From an uncultured Alphaproteobacteria bacterium (GTDB lineage Bacteria > Pseudomonadota > Alphaproteobacteria > MPNO01 > DASWLB01), in the NCBI GenBank assembly GCA_963822575.1, contig CAWGHZ010000005.1, forward strand, positions 108,963 to 172,962: DNA of 64,000 nt, written 5' to 3'. The translations under genes and the position numbers were made by a program. This document shows, in pieces, positions 1-10,171 of the stretch; the first letter of the stretch is position 1; each line of letters opens with the position of its first letter. The notes beneath the pieces were generated by a model. The model did no database searches. It had not been told where the DNA came from and saw only the letters and a program-made list of their open reading frames with translations.

Positions 1-2
1 AG

Positions 3-533
3 GCCGCGGCGCCAGCCGCGGCGGCGCCCGCCGCGCCGCAGGTGGCGGCCATTCCACCCGCACCCGCACCGGCCGCCGACCTTGGGACGGTCTCCTCCCT
101 CGCCGCCCCGGTCGGCCATCCAGCCCAGCCGGCCACGCGACCCTTGGCAGCCTTCACCACTTCCCGCGCCTTTCCCGCCTTCGCAGCAGATTTGCGCGCC
201 TTCCCGGCGCGCGCCGGCCCGCCCGCAGCCGCACAAGGGGCCGCGGCCGAAGACCCCGAATCGCGCCGGATCGCGGCGAGCGTCGACGCCCAGCGGCGCG
301 CCCAGCTCGGGCTGATCCTGGCCAACGCGAACGGCGCGGCGCCGGCATCCTCGTCCGCACTGTCGCCGTCCGCCCCGGCGACGGCGGCGCTTCCCGAGAT
401 GCCCGCGGACGGGACGAACAACCCTTATTTGCCCATCGCTTCGGGCAGCGCCATCACCCCGGCGGCCATGCAGGCCGCGCTGGAGCGTTATCGGCACGCC
501 ATCCAGAGCTACGCGCCGCCTGCCGCCGACTGA
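3..533 (+). CDS. Hypothetical Ala/Pro-rich protein, 5'-truncated by the window edge
   Basis: Frame is open from base 3 to TGA at 533; low-complexity sequence with a helical-looking C-terminus (PAAMQAALERYR); the next gene starts 30 bp later. Confidence 0.5.
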   Translation, partial: AAAPAAAAPAAPQVAAIPPAPAPAADLGTVSSLAAPVGHPAQPATRPLAAFTTSRAFPAFAADLRAFPARAGPPAAAQGAAAEDPESRRIAASVDAQRRAQLGLILANANGAAPASSSALSPSAPATAALPEMPADGTNNPYLPIASGSAITPAAMQAALERYRHAIQSYAPPAAD

Positions 534-562
534 CGTCTTGGGTTGGGGTATAACCCCGATCC

Positions 563-1063
563 ATGCAGCTGATCGTCACGTCGGACGGGTGGGCGCGCTG
601 GGGGGCGCGGACGATGCGCTGCGCGCTCGGGCGGAGCGGGATCGCGACCGCCAAGCGTGAAGGCGACGGGGCGACGCCCGCCGGCCTCCTGCCGATGCGC
701 TGCGTGCTGTACCGGCCGGATCGCGGCCCGGCGCCCGCATCGCGTCTCGCGCTCCGCCCGACCGCGCGCGACGACGGGTGGTGCGACGACCCCGCCGATC
801 CCGACTACAACCGGCCCGTGACCCTGCCGCACCGCGCCCGGTGCGAGACTTTGTGGCGCGACGACGGGCTTTACGACCTCGTCTGCGTGCTCGGCTGGAA
901 CGACGCGCCGGCTGTGCCGGGCGCGGGCTCGGCGATCTTCCTCCATGTCGCCCGGCCCGATTTCGCGCCGACCGAGGGGTGCGTCGCCCTTGCCCGCGAC
1001 GACCTTTCCGTCGTGCTGTCGGAAGCGGGGCCGGGCGATGCGGTGCAGGTGATCGCCGGCTGA
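563..1063 (+). CDS. L,D-transpeptidase family protein (YkuD-like)
   Basis: KREGDGATPAG, GWCDDP and GSAIFLH...TEGCVAL (catalytic His/Cys) motifs. Confidence 0.88.
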   Translation: MQLIVTSDGWARWGARTMRCALGRSGIATAKREGDGATPAGLLPMRCVLYRPDRGPAPASRLALRPTARDDGWCDDPADPDYNRPVTLPHRARCETLWRDDGLYDLVCVLGWNDAPAVPGAGSAIFLHVARPDFAPTEGCVALARDDLSVVLSEAGPGDAVQVIAG

Positions 1064-1067
1064 GACC

Positions 1068-1093
1068 GGAACCCGCGCGGGGCGCGTGCCGTT
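1068..1093 (+). promoter_or_regulatory. EcfG/sigma-T general stress response promoter
   Basis: GGAAC(1068-1072)-N17-CGTT(1090-1093), 8 nt before the GTG at 1102 (probably leaderless). Confidence 0.7.
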
Positions 1094-1101
1094 GACAAGG
1101 C

Positions 1102-2217
1102 GTGACAACAATCGCCACCCAAACCACGTCGACGGCGCCGGTCACCCGCGTCGCGGCCTCGGCGTATGAGATTCCCACCGACGCGCCCGAATCCGACGGC
1201 ACGCTGGAATGGTCCTCGACCACCCTGGTGCTGGCCGAGGTGACGGCGGCGGGCGAGACGGGTATCGGCTACAGCTACGGCAACGAAGCGATCGCCGGCC
1301 TCATAAGGAGCCTGTTCGCCGAGGCGCTCGACGGCGCCGACGCGCTCGCCACCGCCGCCTGCTGGCTCGCCATGGTGGGCAAACTGCGCAACCAGGGACG
1401 GCCGGGGCTTTCCTCGATGGCGGTCTCGGCCGTCGACGCGGCCTTGTGGGACCTTAAAGGCAAGCTCCTCGGCGCGCCGGTGGTGGTGATGCTGGGCGCG
1501 GCGCGGCCGGCCGTCGAGATGTACGGCTCGGGCGGCTTCACCTCCTATTCCGACGACCAGCTTCGCGGCCAGCTCGGCGGCTGGGCGGCGGAAGGCCATC
1601 GCGCCGTGAAGATGAAGGTCGGACGTGAGCCCGACAGCGATCCGCACCGTATCGAGGTCGCCCGCCGCGCGGTCGGCGACGATGTCGCGCTGATGATCGA
1701 TGCGAACGGCGCGCTCGACCGCAAGGGCGCACTCGCCTTCGCCGAGATGGCGCACCGCCACGACGTCACCTGGTTCGAGGAGCCAGTTTCGTCCGACGAC
1801 CTCGCGGGGCTCCGCCTGCTGCGAAACCGCGCGCCGGCGCCGGTCCGGATCGCGGCCGGCGAGTACGGCTACGATACGCGCTACTTCGAGCGGATGGTTT
1901 CGGCCGGGGCGGTCGACGTGCTGCAGGCCGACGCGACGCGGTGCGGCGGCATCACCGGATTCATGGCGGTGGACGCGCTGTGCCAGGCGCATTGCGTGGA
2001 CCTCTCGGCCCATTGCGGCCCGTCGCTGCACTGCCACCCGGCCTGCGCGGCGCAGCGCTGCGTCAATGTCGAAGGGTTCCACGACCATGTGCGCATCGAG
2101 CGCATGCTGTTCGACGGCGCGCCGGTGCCGAACGGCGGGCGCCTCGCGCCCGACCTCACGCGCCCCGGCCTCGGCCTCGCGTTCAAGCGCGCCGACGCCG
2201 AGAAATACGCGCTCTGA
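1102..2217 (+). CDS. Mandelate racemase/muconate lactonizing enzyme family (enolase superfamily)
   Basis: KMK motif, DANG, WFEEP, GEY, LQAD metal-ligand motifs; SAVDAALWDLKGK capping-domain motif. Confidence 0.9.
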   Translation: MTTIATQTTSTAPVTRVAASAYEIPTDAPESDGTLEWSSTTLVLAEVTAAGETGIGYSYGNEAIAGLIRSLFAEALDGADALATAACWLAMVGKLRNQGRPGLSSMAVSAVDAALWDLKGKLLGAPVVVMLGAARPAVEMYGSGGFTSYSDDQLRGQLGGWAAEGHRAVKMKVGREPDSDPHRIEVARRAVGDDVALMIDANGALDRKGALAFAEMAHRHDVTWFEEPVSSDDLAGLRLLRNRAPAPVRIAAGEYGYDTRYFERMVSAGAVDVLQADATRCGGITGFMAVDALCQAHCVDLSAHCGPSLHCHPACAAQRCVNVEGFHDHVRIERMLFDGAPVPNGGRLAPDLTRPGLGLAFKRADAEKYAL

Positions 2218-2268
2218 TGCTTAACCAATGACATTTCGCGACCAACCGCCCGTGGGCAGGATCACCGC

Positions 2269-2703
2269 ATGAAATGGAAAATTCTCGAGGACGGCGAGCG
2301 CCGCAGCTTCGCGCTGGTGCTCGACACGGGTGACGAGGTGATCGAGACGCTCACCAACTTCGCGCGCGACCAGGACCTCAGCGCGTCCAGCTTCACCGGG
2401 CTCGGCGCGTTCAGCGACGCGACGCTCGGCTATTTCGACTGGCAGCGGAAGGACTACAACCGCATCCCGATCCGCGAGCAGGTCGAGGTCGTCTCGTTCG
2501 TCGGCGACATCACCTGCGGCGAGAAGGGCGCGCACAAGCTGCACCCGCACATTGTGCTCGCCAAGTCCGACGGCACGGCGCATGGCGGCCATCTGATGGA
2601 GGCGCACGTGCGCCCGACGCTCGAGATCGTGCTGACCGAGACGCCGGCGCATCTCTATCGCGAGACCGATCCCGAGACGGGATTGGCCCTCATAAAGATA
2701 TAG
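2269..2703 (+). CDS. PPC domain (DUF296) protein
   Basis: EVVSFVGDI, HPHIVL and GGHL...RPTLEI motifs. Confidence 0.88.
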   Translation: MKWKILEDGERRSFALVLDTGDEVIETLTNFARDQDLSASSFTGLGAFSDATLGYFDWQRKDYNRIPIREQVEVVSFVGDITCGEKGAHKLHPHIVLAKSDGTAHGGHLMEAHVRPTLEIVLTETPAHLYRETDPETGLALIKI

Positions 2704-2711
2704 AGGGCGGC

Positions 2712-3095
2712 ATGTCGGACCCGATCGGCGCCACGCGCTGGGCCATCGCCGAGGGGTGGATCCCGTCGCAGAGCACGGCGCACACCGCGGCGCTCGAAAG
2801 CCACGAGACGCTTTCCGTCCTCAATGCCGGCGACCGCGACGCACAGCTTCTGGTGACGGTTTTCTTCCATGACCGCGAGCCGGCGGGGCCCTATCGCCTG
2901 ACCGTGCCGGCGCGGCGCACGCGGCATTTCCGGTTCAACGAGCTCGACGATCCCGAGCCGGTGCCGCGCGACACCGAGTACGCCAGCCTGATCGAATCCG
3001 ACGTGCCGGTCGTCTGCCAGCACACGCGGCTCAATTCGCGCCAGTCGGCCCTCGCCCTAATGTCGACCATGGCCTACGCGGGAGCGTCGGCATGA
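2712..3095 (+). CDS. Anabaena sensory rhodopsin transducer (ASRT)-family protein
   Basis: IG..RWAIAEGWIP, SHET..LN, VPARRTRH.RFN.L.DPEP, SDVPVV.QHTRL.SRQ pattern; 127 aa. Confidence 0.85.
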   Translation: MSDPIGATRWAIAEGWIPSQSTAHTAALESHETLSVLNAGDRDAQLLVTVFFHDREPAGPYRLTVPARRTRHFRFNELDDPEPVPRDTEYASLIESDVPVVCQHTRLNSRQSALALMSTMAYAGASA

Positions 3096-4142
3096 GTCTT
3101 TTCGGAAAGTGCGTCGTGGTGACCGGCGCCTCGGCCGGCATCGGACGCGCCGCCGCCATCGCCTTCGGCCGCGAGCGCGCCACCGTCGCGCTGCTCGCGC
3201 GCGGTGAGGACGGGCTGGCCGGCGCGGCGCGCGACGTGGAGGCGGCGGGCGGGCGCGCCTTCGAGCACAAGGTCGACGTCGCCGACGCCGACGCGGTGTT
3301 CGCCGCCGCCGACGCCGTCGAGGCCGCGTGCGGGCCGATCGACATCTGGGTCAACGACGCGATGGCGACGATCTTCGCGCCGGTCGACCGCATCACGCCC
3401 GAGGAGTACCGCCGCGCGACGGAGGTCACCTATCTCGGCGCGGTGTACGGCACGATGGCGGCGCTGAAGCGCATGAAGGCGCGCGGCCAGGGGACGATCG
3501 TGCAGGTCGGCTCCGCCCTCGGCTACCGCGCGATCCCGCTGCAGGCACCCTATTGCGGCGCCAAGTACGCGTTGCGCGGCTTCACCAATTCGCTGCGCGC
3601 CGAGCTGATCCACGACGAGGTGCCGGTACACCTCACCATGGTGGTGCTTGGCGGGTTCAACACGCCGCAGTTCGAATGGGCGCGCTCGAAGTTCGACAAG
3701 CGCCCGCAGCCAGTGCCGCCCTTCTTCCAGCCCGAGGTCGCGGCCGACGCCATCGTCTTCGCCGCCACGCACAAGAGGCGCGAGGTCTTCGTCGGCATGC
3801 CCGCCGTGAAGCTCGTTCTCGGCAACACGCTGGCGCCCGGGCTGATGGACCGCATCCTCGCCAAGAAGGCGTGGAGCGGCCAGTTCACCGGCGAGGACGA
3901 GACGCGCGGGCCGGCCCGACAATCTGTTCCAACCGGTGCCGGGGGATTTCGGCCCGCACGGAAGGTTCGACGGGCGCGCGCGGCCGTCAAGCCCGCAGCT
4001 CGCCGTCTCAAAGCACCGGGCCACGGCGCTTACGGCGGCGGCGCTGTTTGCGGCCGCGGCCGGCGCGGGCGCCCTCTTCGCCGCCCGCCGCGCCAAGTCG
4101 AGCCGACCGCATGCCCCCCTATTTTCCGTTCGCCCTGAGTAG
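3092..4142 (+). CDS. SDR family oxidoreductase (apparent frameshift near 3905-3915)
   Basis: TGASAGIG and YCGAK motifs; the family-typical tail RPDNLFQPVPGDFGPHGRFD continues in another frame to TAG 4142. Confidence 0.85.
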
Positions 4143-4265
4143 GCCGCACAGCGGCCATATCGAAGGGTGACGGCGGCACGATCTCTCGGCCTCGTCCTTC
4201 GATACGCGCTCGCGCTTCGCGCGCACGCTACTCAGGACGAATGGAGGGGTCGACGAGTTCGACCT

Positions 4266-6215
4266 CTATTCGCCGGTCGCGGCGGAGACGGGCGGGCTCG
4301 CCGCCGGCGCGCTCGCGCCGTGGACCTGGCGCAGGAAGGACTCGAACATCAGGAGCGACCACAGCACGGTCGCGTGGTCGAACCGGCCGGAGCGGTGCTC
4401 CTCGACCAGGCGCGCGACGCACGTCGTGTCGAACATCCCGGTCTCGGCGAGGGCGGGACCAGCCAGCCGGTCGCGCACCGTCGCATACAGGGGACCGCGG
4501 AACCATTTCGCCAGAGGCACCGAGAAGCCCATCTTGGTGCGGTAGAGCACGTCGTTCGGCACCAGCGGCTCCAGCGCCTTCTTGAACACGTACTTGCCCT
4601 CGCCGCCCTTGAGCTTGAGGCCGGGCGCGAGCCGTGCCGTCCATTCGACGAAGCGATGGTCGAGGATCGGCACGCGCACCTCGAGCGAATGCGCCATCGA
4701 CGCGCGGTCCACCTTGGTGAGGATGTCGCCGGCGAGGTAGGTCTTGATGTCGGCGTACTGCACCCGCGACAGGTGATGGTCGGTCGGCGCGTCGCGCATC
4801 GCGCCTTCCATCACCTCCTGCGCGCGGTAGCCCTGCAACGCGCGCACGAACGCGGGGCCGTAGAGCCGCCGGCGCATCGCGTCCACCACCACGGCGACGC
4901 TGTGGAAATAACCGCCGATCGGCCCCCGCGCCAGCGACTCAAAGGTCGATTTGGCGCGCAAAGGCTGCGGCGCCCAGTCGAGCTTGGGATAGGCGCGGCC
5001 CAGAAATCCGAACAGGGGTCCGGCCAGCGCGTCGGGCACCGCGCGTCGCGCCATCTGCTCGTAATGGTGGAAGCGGTGGCGGCGATAGCCGGCGAACAGC
5101 TCGTCGCCGCCGTCGCCCGACAGCGCCACCGTCACCCGCTCGCGCGCGAGACCGCACACCCGGTAGGTCGGCATCGATGAGGAATCGGCGAACGGTTCGT
5201 CGTAGATCGTGGCCAGCCGGTCGACCAGCCCGAAATCGTCGGGGTCCACCTTGCCGACATGGTGGTTGGTGGCGTAGCGCGCCGCCATCATCTCGGCGTA
5301 GCGCGACTCGTCGAAACGGCGGTCGTCGAACGAGATGGTGCAGGTGTTCACCGGCGCCGACGATAGCCCGGCCATCAGCGCCACCACCGCGCTGGAATCC
5401 ACGCCGCCCGACAGGAACGCGCCGAGCGGCACCTCGGCGATCAGGCGCATCCTGACCGCCTCGCGCAGCTCGTCGACCAGCGCACCGACCGCCTCTTCCT
5501 CGCCCGGCCCGTCATGGTCGCCCTCGCGGAACGAAACGTCCCAGTAGCGCCGCGGCTGGGGCGCGCCCGCCGCGCTGCGCGCGAGGGTCAGCGTGTGGCC
5601 GGGCGCGAGCTTCCGCGCCGCCAAATAAATCGATTTCGGGTCGGGCACGTAGCCGTAGGCGAAATAATCCTCGGCCGCGCACGGGTCGAGCTCGCGCGGG
5701 AAGGCGGGATGGACCAGCAGCGACTTCAGCTCGGAGCCGAACAGTACCGTGCCGTCGGGGAGCTCCGCCCAGTAGAGCGGCTTGATGCCCAGCCGGTCGC
5801 GCGCGAGGAACAGCGTCTCGGCGTTCGCATCCCACAGCGCGAAGGCGAACATGCCGCGGAAGCGTTCGACGCAGGCCGCGCCCCATTCCTCCCACGCGTG
5901 CACGATCACCTCGGTGTCGCAATGGGTGCGGAAGCGGTGGCCGGCGGCGGCAAGCTCGCGCGTCAGCTCGGCGAAGTTGTAGATCTCGCCGTTATAGACG
6001 ACGACGACCGAACGGTCCTCGTTGAACAAGGGCTGCTGGCCCGAGGCGAGGTCGATGATCGAAAGCCTTCGGTGGCCGAGCCCGATTCCGCGCGCGACGA
6101 AAATCCCGTGCTCGTCCGGGCCGCGATGGGTCTGGCTGTCGTTCATGCGGGCGAGAAGGGCGCGGTCGATCTCGCGCCCGCCGCGCCGATCGAACAGCCC
6201 GACGATCCCGCACAT
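4266..6215 (-). CDS. XrtA/PEP-CTERM system asparagine synthase-like amidotransferase
   Basis: MCGI Ntn start, LSGGVDSS, SGDGGDELFAGY, KVDRASMAHSLEVRVP; adjacent to exosortase A. Confidence 0.92.
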   Translation of the reverse strand: MCGIVGLFDRRGGREIDRALLARMNDSQTHRGPDEHGIFVARGIGLGHRRLSIIDLASGQQPLFNEDRSVVVVYNGEIYNFAELTRELAAAGHRFRTHCDTEVIVHAWEEWGAACVERFRGMFAFALWDANAETLFLARDRLGIKPLYWAELPDGTVLFGSELKSLLVHPAFPRELDPCAAEDYFAYGYVPDPKSIYLAARKLAPGHTLTLARSAAGAPQPRRYWDVSFREGDHDGPGEEEAVGALVDELREAVRMRLIAEVPLGAFLSGGVDSSAVVALMAGLSSAPVNTCTISFDDRRFDESRYAEMMAARYATNHHVGKVDPDDFGLVDRLATIYDEPFADSSSMPTYRVCGLARERVTVALSGDGGDELFAGYRRHRFHHYEQMARRAVPDALAGPLFGFLGRAYPKLDWAPQPLRAKSTFESLARGPIGGYFHSVAVVVDAMRRRLYGPAFVRALQGYRAQEVMEGAMRDAPTDHHLSRVQYADIKTYLAGDILTKVDRASMAHSLEVRVPILDHRFVEWTARLAPGLKLKGGEGKYVFKKALEPLVPNDVLYRTKMGFSVPLAKWFRGPLYATVRDRLAGPALAETGMFDTTCVARLVEEHRSGRFDHATVLWSLLMFESFLRQVHGASAPAASPPVSAATGE

Positions 6216-6248
6216 GTCAGCGCGCCCGGAGGGGCTTGGGGGACGCGA

Positions 6249-7865
6249 TCACCGCGCCGCCGCGCCGGCGAGCAGCGGGCCGAGCGGCTGGACGCTCGCC
6301 AGGAAATCGCGGAGCGCAGCGACAGCCGCATCGCCTTCCGCCTCGGTGCGGGTCGCGACCGCGACGAAGGCGGCGGCCGGCCGTTCGTGCAGCAGCTTGG
6401 CCTTGGTCTGCAGGAATTTCGAGTAGTAGGGGTCGGCGGTGAAGGTGCCGTCGATCCAGTGCCAGCTCCACACCAGCCGCCGTTCGTCGTGCCCGGCGAT
6501 CCGCTCGACGTCGACGCCGATCTTGCGCCCGCCGACCGACGCCTGGGTGGCACCGCCGCCGAGTCGCCGCCACCTTTTGTCGTCCGCGATCCGGTTGCGG
6601 TAGCTCACCACTTCGGCCCCTTGCCGCTGGTAGCGATAATAGGCGACGTACAGCCGGACGACGTGCCCGTCCTTGGCGTAGGCCTGCAGCAACGTGGCGT
6701 CGGCGCCGTGATAGACTGGCCGCCAGTCGTCGGTCCCGTTCGCGACCGCGGCCCAGCCGTTGCCGACCGCCGGCGCTTCGAGGGCGATCGGCCTTGCCGG
6801 CGGCACGGCGTGCACCACGAGCGCGGCATAGGCGGGCCAGACGGCGGCGATGGCGACAACGACAGCGGTGGCGGCGGCGATACGGATCGGCCTGGGGCGC
6901 GGCCGGCCCACGGCGCTGGCCGGCGCGGGCGGGACCTCGTTCAGGTCGCGGTCGCGGAAGGCCATGCCGACCGCCAGCAGGATCACCGTCACGATCGCGA
7001 ACAAAAGCCAGCCATAGATGATGTGGTCGAACCCGACCGCGAGCGTCATGTCGCTGAGATAGCCGATCAGCACCACGCCGAGCGCGCGCAGCCCGTTGGA
7101 GACCACCGGCACCACCAGGCACAGCGCGAGGAACAGCGCCTTGCGCCAGTAGCTGCGATAGGTGAGCTGGGCGAACAGGAAGCCGAGCGCCAGGGTCGCG
7201 ATCAGGAAGCGGATGCCGGCGCACGCCTCGGCCACCTCGAAATTGCCATTGGGCAGCGACAGCAAGAACCCGTCGCGATAGATCGGGATGCCGAGAAGCT
7301 CGATGCCCTTGACCGCGAAGGTGGCGGTGAAGTTCTGCAGCGGCGGCACCAGGAAGGTGCCGAACGGCACGGCGAACGCGGCATAGCCCAGCGGGAAGGC
7401 GAGATAGCGCGAGACCCGCCAGCCGAACACGCCGAGGAACAGCGACCACAGCATGAACAGCAGGGCGAAATGCTGCACGACGTTGACGTTCGCCGTCGCC
7501 GCCAGCAACCACTCCGCGCCCGAACCGGCCAGCGGGACCAGCGCCCAGGCGGTCGGCTCCGGCGTCATGCGCGCCAGCTCCTCGCGGCGCAGCCAAACCA
7601 GGTAGCCGCAGATCGGCAGGATCAGGAAGCCGTGGTTGAAGGTGGTGTCGTCGATCCAGATGCGGACCGTCGACGCCGCCGTATCGTGGAACAGGGCGAC
7701 GAGCGCCACGGCGCCCAGCCCGAATGCGATGCCGGCGGCGCGCCATGCCGGGATGCCGATGAGCGACGGCGCGGTTGCGGCGGGCTGGTCCCGGGCGGTG
7801 GCGGCGGCGCCATTGGCCGCCGGGCCCATGGCCTTGCGCGGCCGGCTGTTGGAATCGACGCTCAA
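6249..7865 (-). CDS. xrtA: Exosortase A with C-terminal EpsI domain
   Basis: Multi-TM protein with catalytic Cys (VAEACAG), Arg (NGLRA) and His (DHIIYGW); EpsI-like C-terminus (YYRYQRQGAEVVS). Start may be 7830. Confidence 0.92.
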   Translation of the reverse strand: MSVDSNSRPRKAMGPAANGAAATARDQPAATAPSLIGIPAWRAAGIAFGLGAVALVALFHDTAASTVRIWIDDTTFNHGFLILPICGYLVWLRREELARMTPEPTAWALVPLAGSGAEWLLAATANVNVVQHFALLFMLWSLFLGVFGWRVSRYLAFPLGYAAFAVPFGTFLVPPLQNFTATFAVKGIELLGIPIYRDGFLLSLPNGNFEVAEACAGIRFLIATLALGFLFAQLTYRSYWRKALFLALCLVVPVVSNGLRALGVVLIGYLSDMTLAVGFDHIIYGWLLFAIVTVILLAVGMAFRDRDLNEVPPAPASAVGRPRPRPIRIAAATAVVVAIAAVWPAYAALVVHAVPPARPIALEAPAVGNGWAAVANGTDDWRPVYHGADATLLQAYAKDGHVVRLYVAYYRYQRQGAEVVSYRNRIADDKRWRRLGGGATQASVGGRKIGVDVERIAGHDERRLVWSWHWIDGTFTADPYYSKFLQTKAKLLHERPAAAFVAVATRTEAEGDAAVAALRDFLASVQPLGPLLAGAAAR

Positions 7866-9121
7866 GGGGTTCCCGCCCGTTCGGTTTCCGGCCCGAGTCT
7901 ATCGCAGCCGGGCGGCGGCTCCAACACGTTCGCCAGCCCGGCGAGCGCCGAGTCCCACCCGTAATGCGCCAAAATCAAGGCACGGGCGCGCGCACCCATC
8001 GCCCGCGCGCGGCCGTCGCCCGCCTCGGCCAGCGCCGCGAGCGTCGCCGCGGCCAGCCCATCGGCCCCGTCCGCCACCACGAGCTCGCGCCCTGGCGTGG
8101 CGTCGATCCCCTCCGCCGCCTGGGGCGTCGCGATCACCGGCTTGGCCATGGACATCGCCTCCAGCACCTTGTTCTGGATCCCGCGCGCAAGCCGAAGCGG
8201 CGCCGCGACCGCCGCGGCATGGGCAAGGTAGGGCCGGACGTCGGGAACCCGGCCGGCGACGGTGATGCCGGGAAGCGCCGCGAGGGCGCGCACCTCGGGC
8301 GCCGGATTGGCGCCGACGATCCAGAACGCGGCGTCCGGCCGCTCGTTGCGGACCAGAGGCAGGATTTCGCGCGCAAACCAGACGACGGCATCGACATTGG
8401 CCCAGTAATCCATCGCCCCGGTGAAGGCGATGGCGCGCACGCCCGCCGGGTACGGGCATTCGTATGACCCCTCGGGATTAAAGAACGCGGAATCGACGCC
8501 GTTGCGCACGGCGTGAACGCGCCCGGCCGATTCCGGCGCCAGGCGGCGGAACAGCTCCGCCTCGGCCTCGGAGACGAACAGGGTGGCGTCGGCGGCCCGC
8601 GCCGCGCGCCGCTCGAAGGCCAAAAGGCGGCGCGCCTCGCGGCCATAGACCCGGGCGGCGAGCGCGCCGCGGCCCTTGGCGTACTGCGCCCACTTGTCGG
8701 AATCGACGTCGACGAAGTCGAATACGCGGCGCGCCCCGGCGGTCCAGGGCGCCATGGCGTACTGCGCCATCGAGGAGGAATAGGCGAACACCCGGTCGAT
8801 CCCGCGCCCCGCGACCAGCCCCTGCACCCAGCGGGCGAGCGCCCGGTCTCGGTAATAGCCGAGGGTCAGCGCCTCGCCGCGCGCGAGGCCCGCGAGGCTC
8901 CGCAGCTTCGCCGACCGCTTGTCGAGCCCGCCGATCCAGCATTCGCCGCACTGGGCGCGCAACTCGTCGGTGTAGCGCCAGTCGTACGGGTCGTCGACGA
9001 AGCAGCCGAGATGGACGCGATAGCGCGCGGCCAGGAAGCGGAACATCTGCCACGACCGGATCTTGTCACCCTTGTCCGGCGGGAACGGGATGCGATGGGC
9101 GAGGAACAGAAGGTCGCGCAC
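7862..9121 (-). CDS. XrtA-system glycosyltransferase (GT4, TIGR03087-like)
   Basis: LAHRIPFPPDKGDKIRS, DFVDVDSDKW, ARGIQNKVLEAM. Confidence 0.92.
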   Translation of the reverse strand: MRDLLFLAHRIPFPPDKGDKIRSWQMFRFLAARYRVHLGCFVDDPYDWRYTDELRAQCGECWIGGLDKRSAKLRSLAGLARGEALTLGYYRDRALARWVQGLVAGRGIDRVFAYSSSMAQYAMAPWTAGARRVFDFVDVDSDKWAQYAKGRGALAARVYGREARRLLAFERRAARAADATLFVSEAEAELFRRLAPESAGRVHAVRNGVDSAFFNPEGSYECPYPAGVRAIAFTGAMDYWANVDAVVWFAREILPLVRNERPDAAFWIVGANPAPEVRALAALPGITVAGRVPDVRPYLAHAAAVAAPLRLARGIQNKVLEAMSMAKPVIATPQAAEGIDATPGRELVVADGADGLAAATLAALAEAGDGRARAMGARARALILAHYGWDSALAGLANVLEPPPGCDRLGPETERAGTP

Positions 9122-9130
9122 GCCGACGAA

Positions 9131-10171
9131 CTACCCCAGCCCGCGAGCGAGGAAGGGGCCGATGCGGTTGGCGAGGAACAAGGGCAGGCGCTGCCATGCG
9201 GCGATGAACAGCCGGTATTTCGGGTTGAGCGGGTTCACGTCCGGCACCTCGCCCCCCTTGCGCAGATGGAACTCGTAGACCAGCGGCTCGAACGGGAAAC
9301 CCCAGTTCTTCTTGAAGGCGAAGGCCCCCGTGCCGCGCTTGGACCGGCCGAAATCGAACGTGCGAAAGCCGCGCTCGGCCGCCCGGCGCATCACCTCCCA
9401 GTACATGAAATCGTTGCCCGCGACCTCGCGCGCCGCCGCCGCGCCGCCGCCGTAATAGGGCAGCACAGTGTCGCGGAAGTAGAAGTTCATCACGCTCGCG
9501 ACGGGCGCGCCGTCGTGCAGCACCGTGACGATGTCGCAATCCGCGCCGAAAGCGCGCTTGAGATGGGCGAGAAAGGCGCGGCCGAAGACCGGCGTGCCCA
9601 GATTGCGAACGCTTTCGGCATAGACGTCGTAGAGCCGGTCGGCCTCGGCGTCGATCTCGGAGACGAGCCCGGCCTTGATGCCCTTGCGCACCATGGCGCG
9701 TTGCTTGCGCGGGATGGCGAGCATGTTCTTCTCGGGATCGGGATCGATCGCCTTGCGGAACGCGACGTAGAGGTCGGGCTTTGACGCCCAGCCGTCATGG
9801 GTGGCGCGGCCGGTGCGGTATTCGAGATAGTCGACGCCGCGCGCCTCGGCCATGTCGAGCGCCGCGCGGTCGAGCGCCGTCCGCGCCGCATCGTCCATCG
9901 CCGCCGGCCCGCCGCCCACGGTGAAGCCGGTCGAGATCAGCCCGTTGCCGAACAGGCGCGTCTTCACGTGCACCAGCGGCAGGACGCCGGCAATCTCGCC
10001 CGCCCGCGCGGCATAGAGGAACGGGCAGTCGTGGCCGAACGCCGCCTCGATCGCCCCCTTCCAGCCGGCGCGGTGGAAGAAGGTCGCCTCCGGGCACTGG
10101 GCGACGAACGCGTCCCAGCGCGCGGCCGCGGGCGCATCGAGCGCGCGGACCTCGAGCCCGGTCTCGCTCAA
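9131..10171 (-). CDS. FemAB-family XrtA/PEP-CTERM-associated protein
   Basis: ATFFHRAGW, IPRKQRAMVRKG, FDFGRSKRGTG, NPLNPKY; TTG start overlaps the upstream stop by 4 nt. Confidence 0.9.
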   Translation of the reverse strand: MSETGLEVRALDAPAAARWDAFVAQCPEATFFHRAGWKGAIEAAFGHDCPFLYAARAGEIAGVLPLVHVKTRLFGNGLISTGFTVGGGPAAMDDAARTALDRAALDMAEARGVDYLEYRTGRATHDGWASKPDLYVAFRKAIDPDPEKNMLAIPRKQRAMVRKGIKAGLVSEIDAEADRLYDVYAESVRNLGTPVFGRAFLAHLKRAFGADCDIVTVLHDGAPVASVMNFYFRDTVLPYYGGGAAAAREVAGNDFMYWEVMRRAAERGFRTFDFGRSKRGTGAFAFKKNWGFPFEPLVYEFHLRKGGEVPDVNPLNPKYRLFIAAWQRLPLFLANRIGPFLARGLG

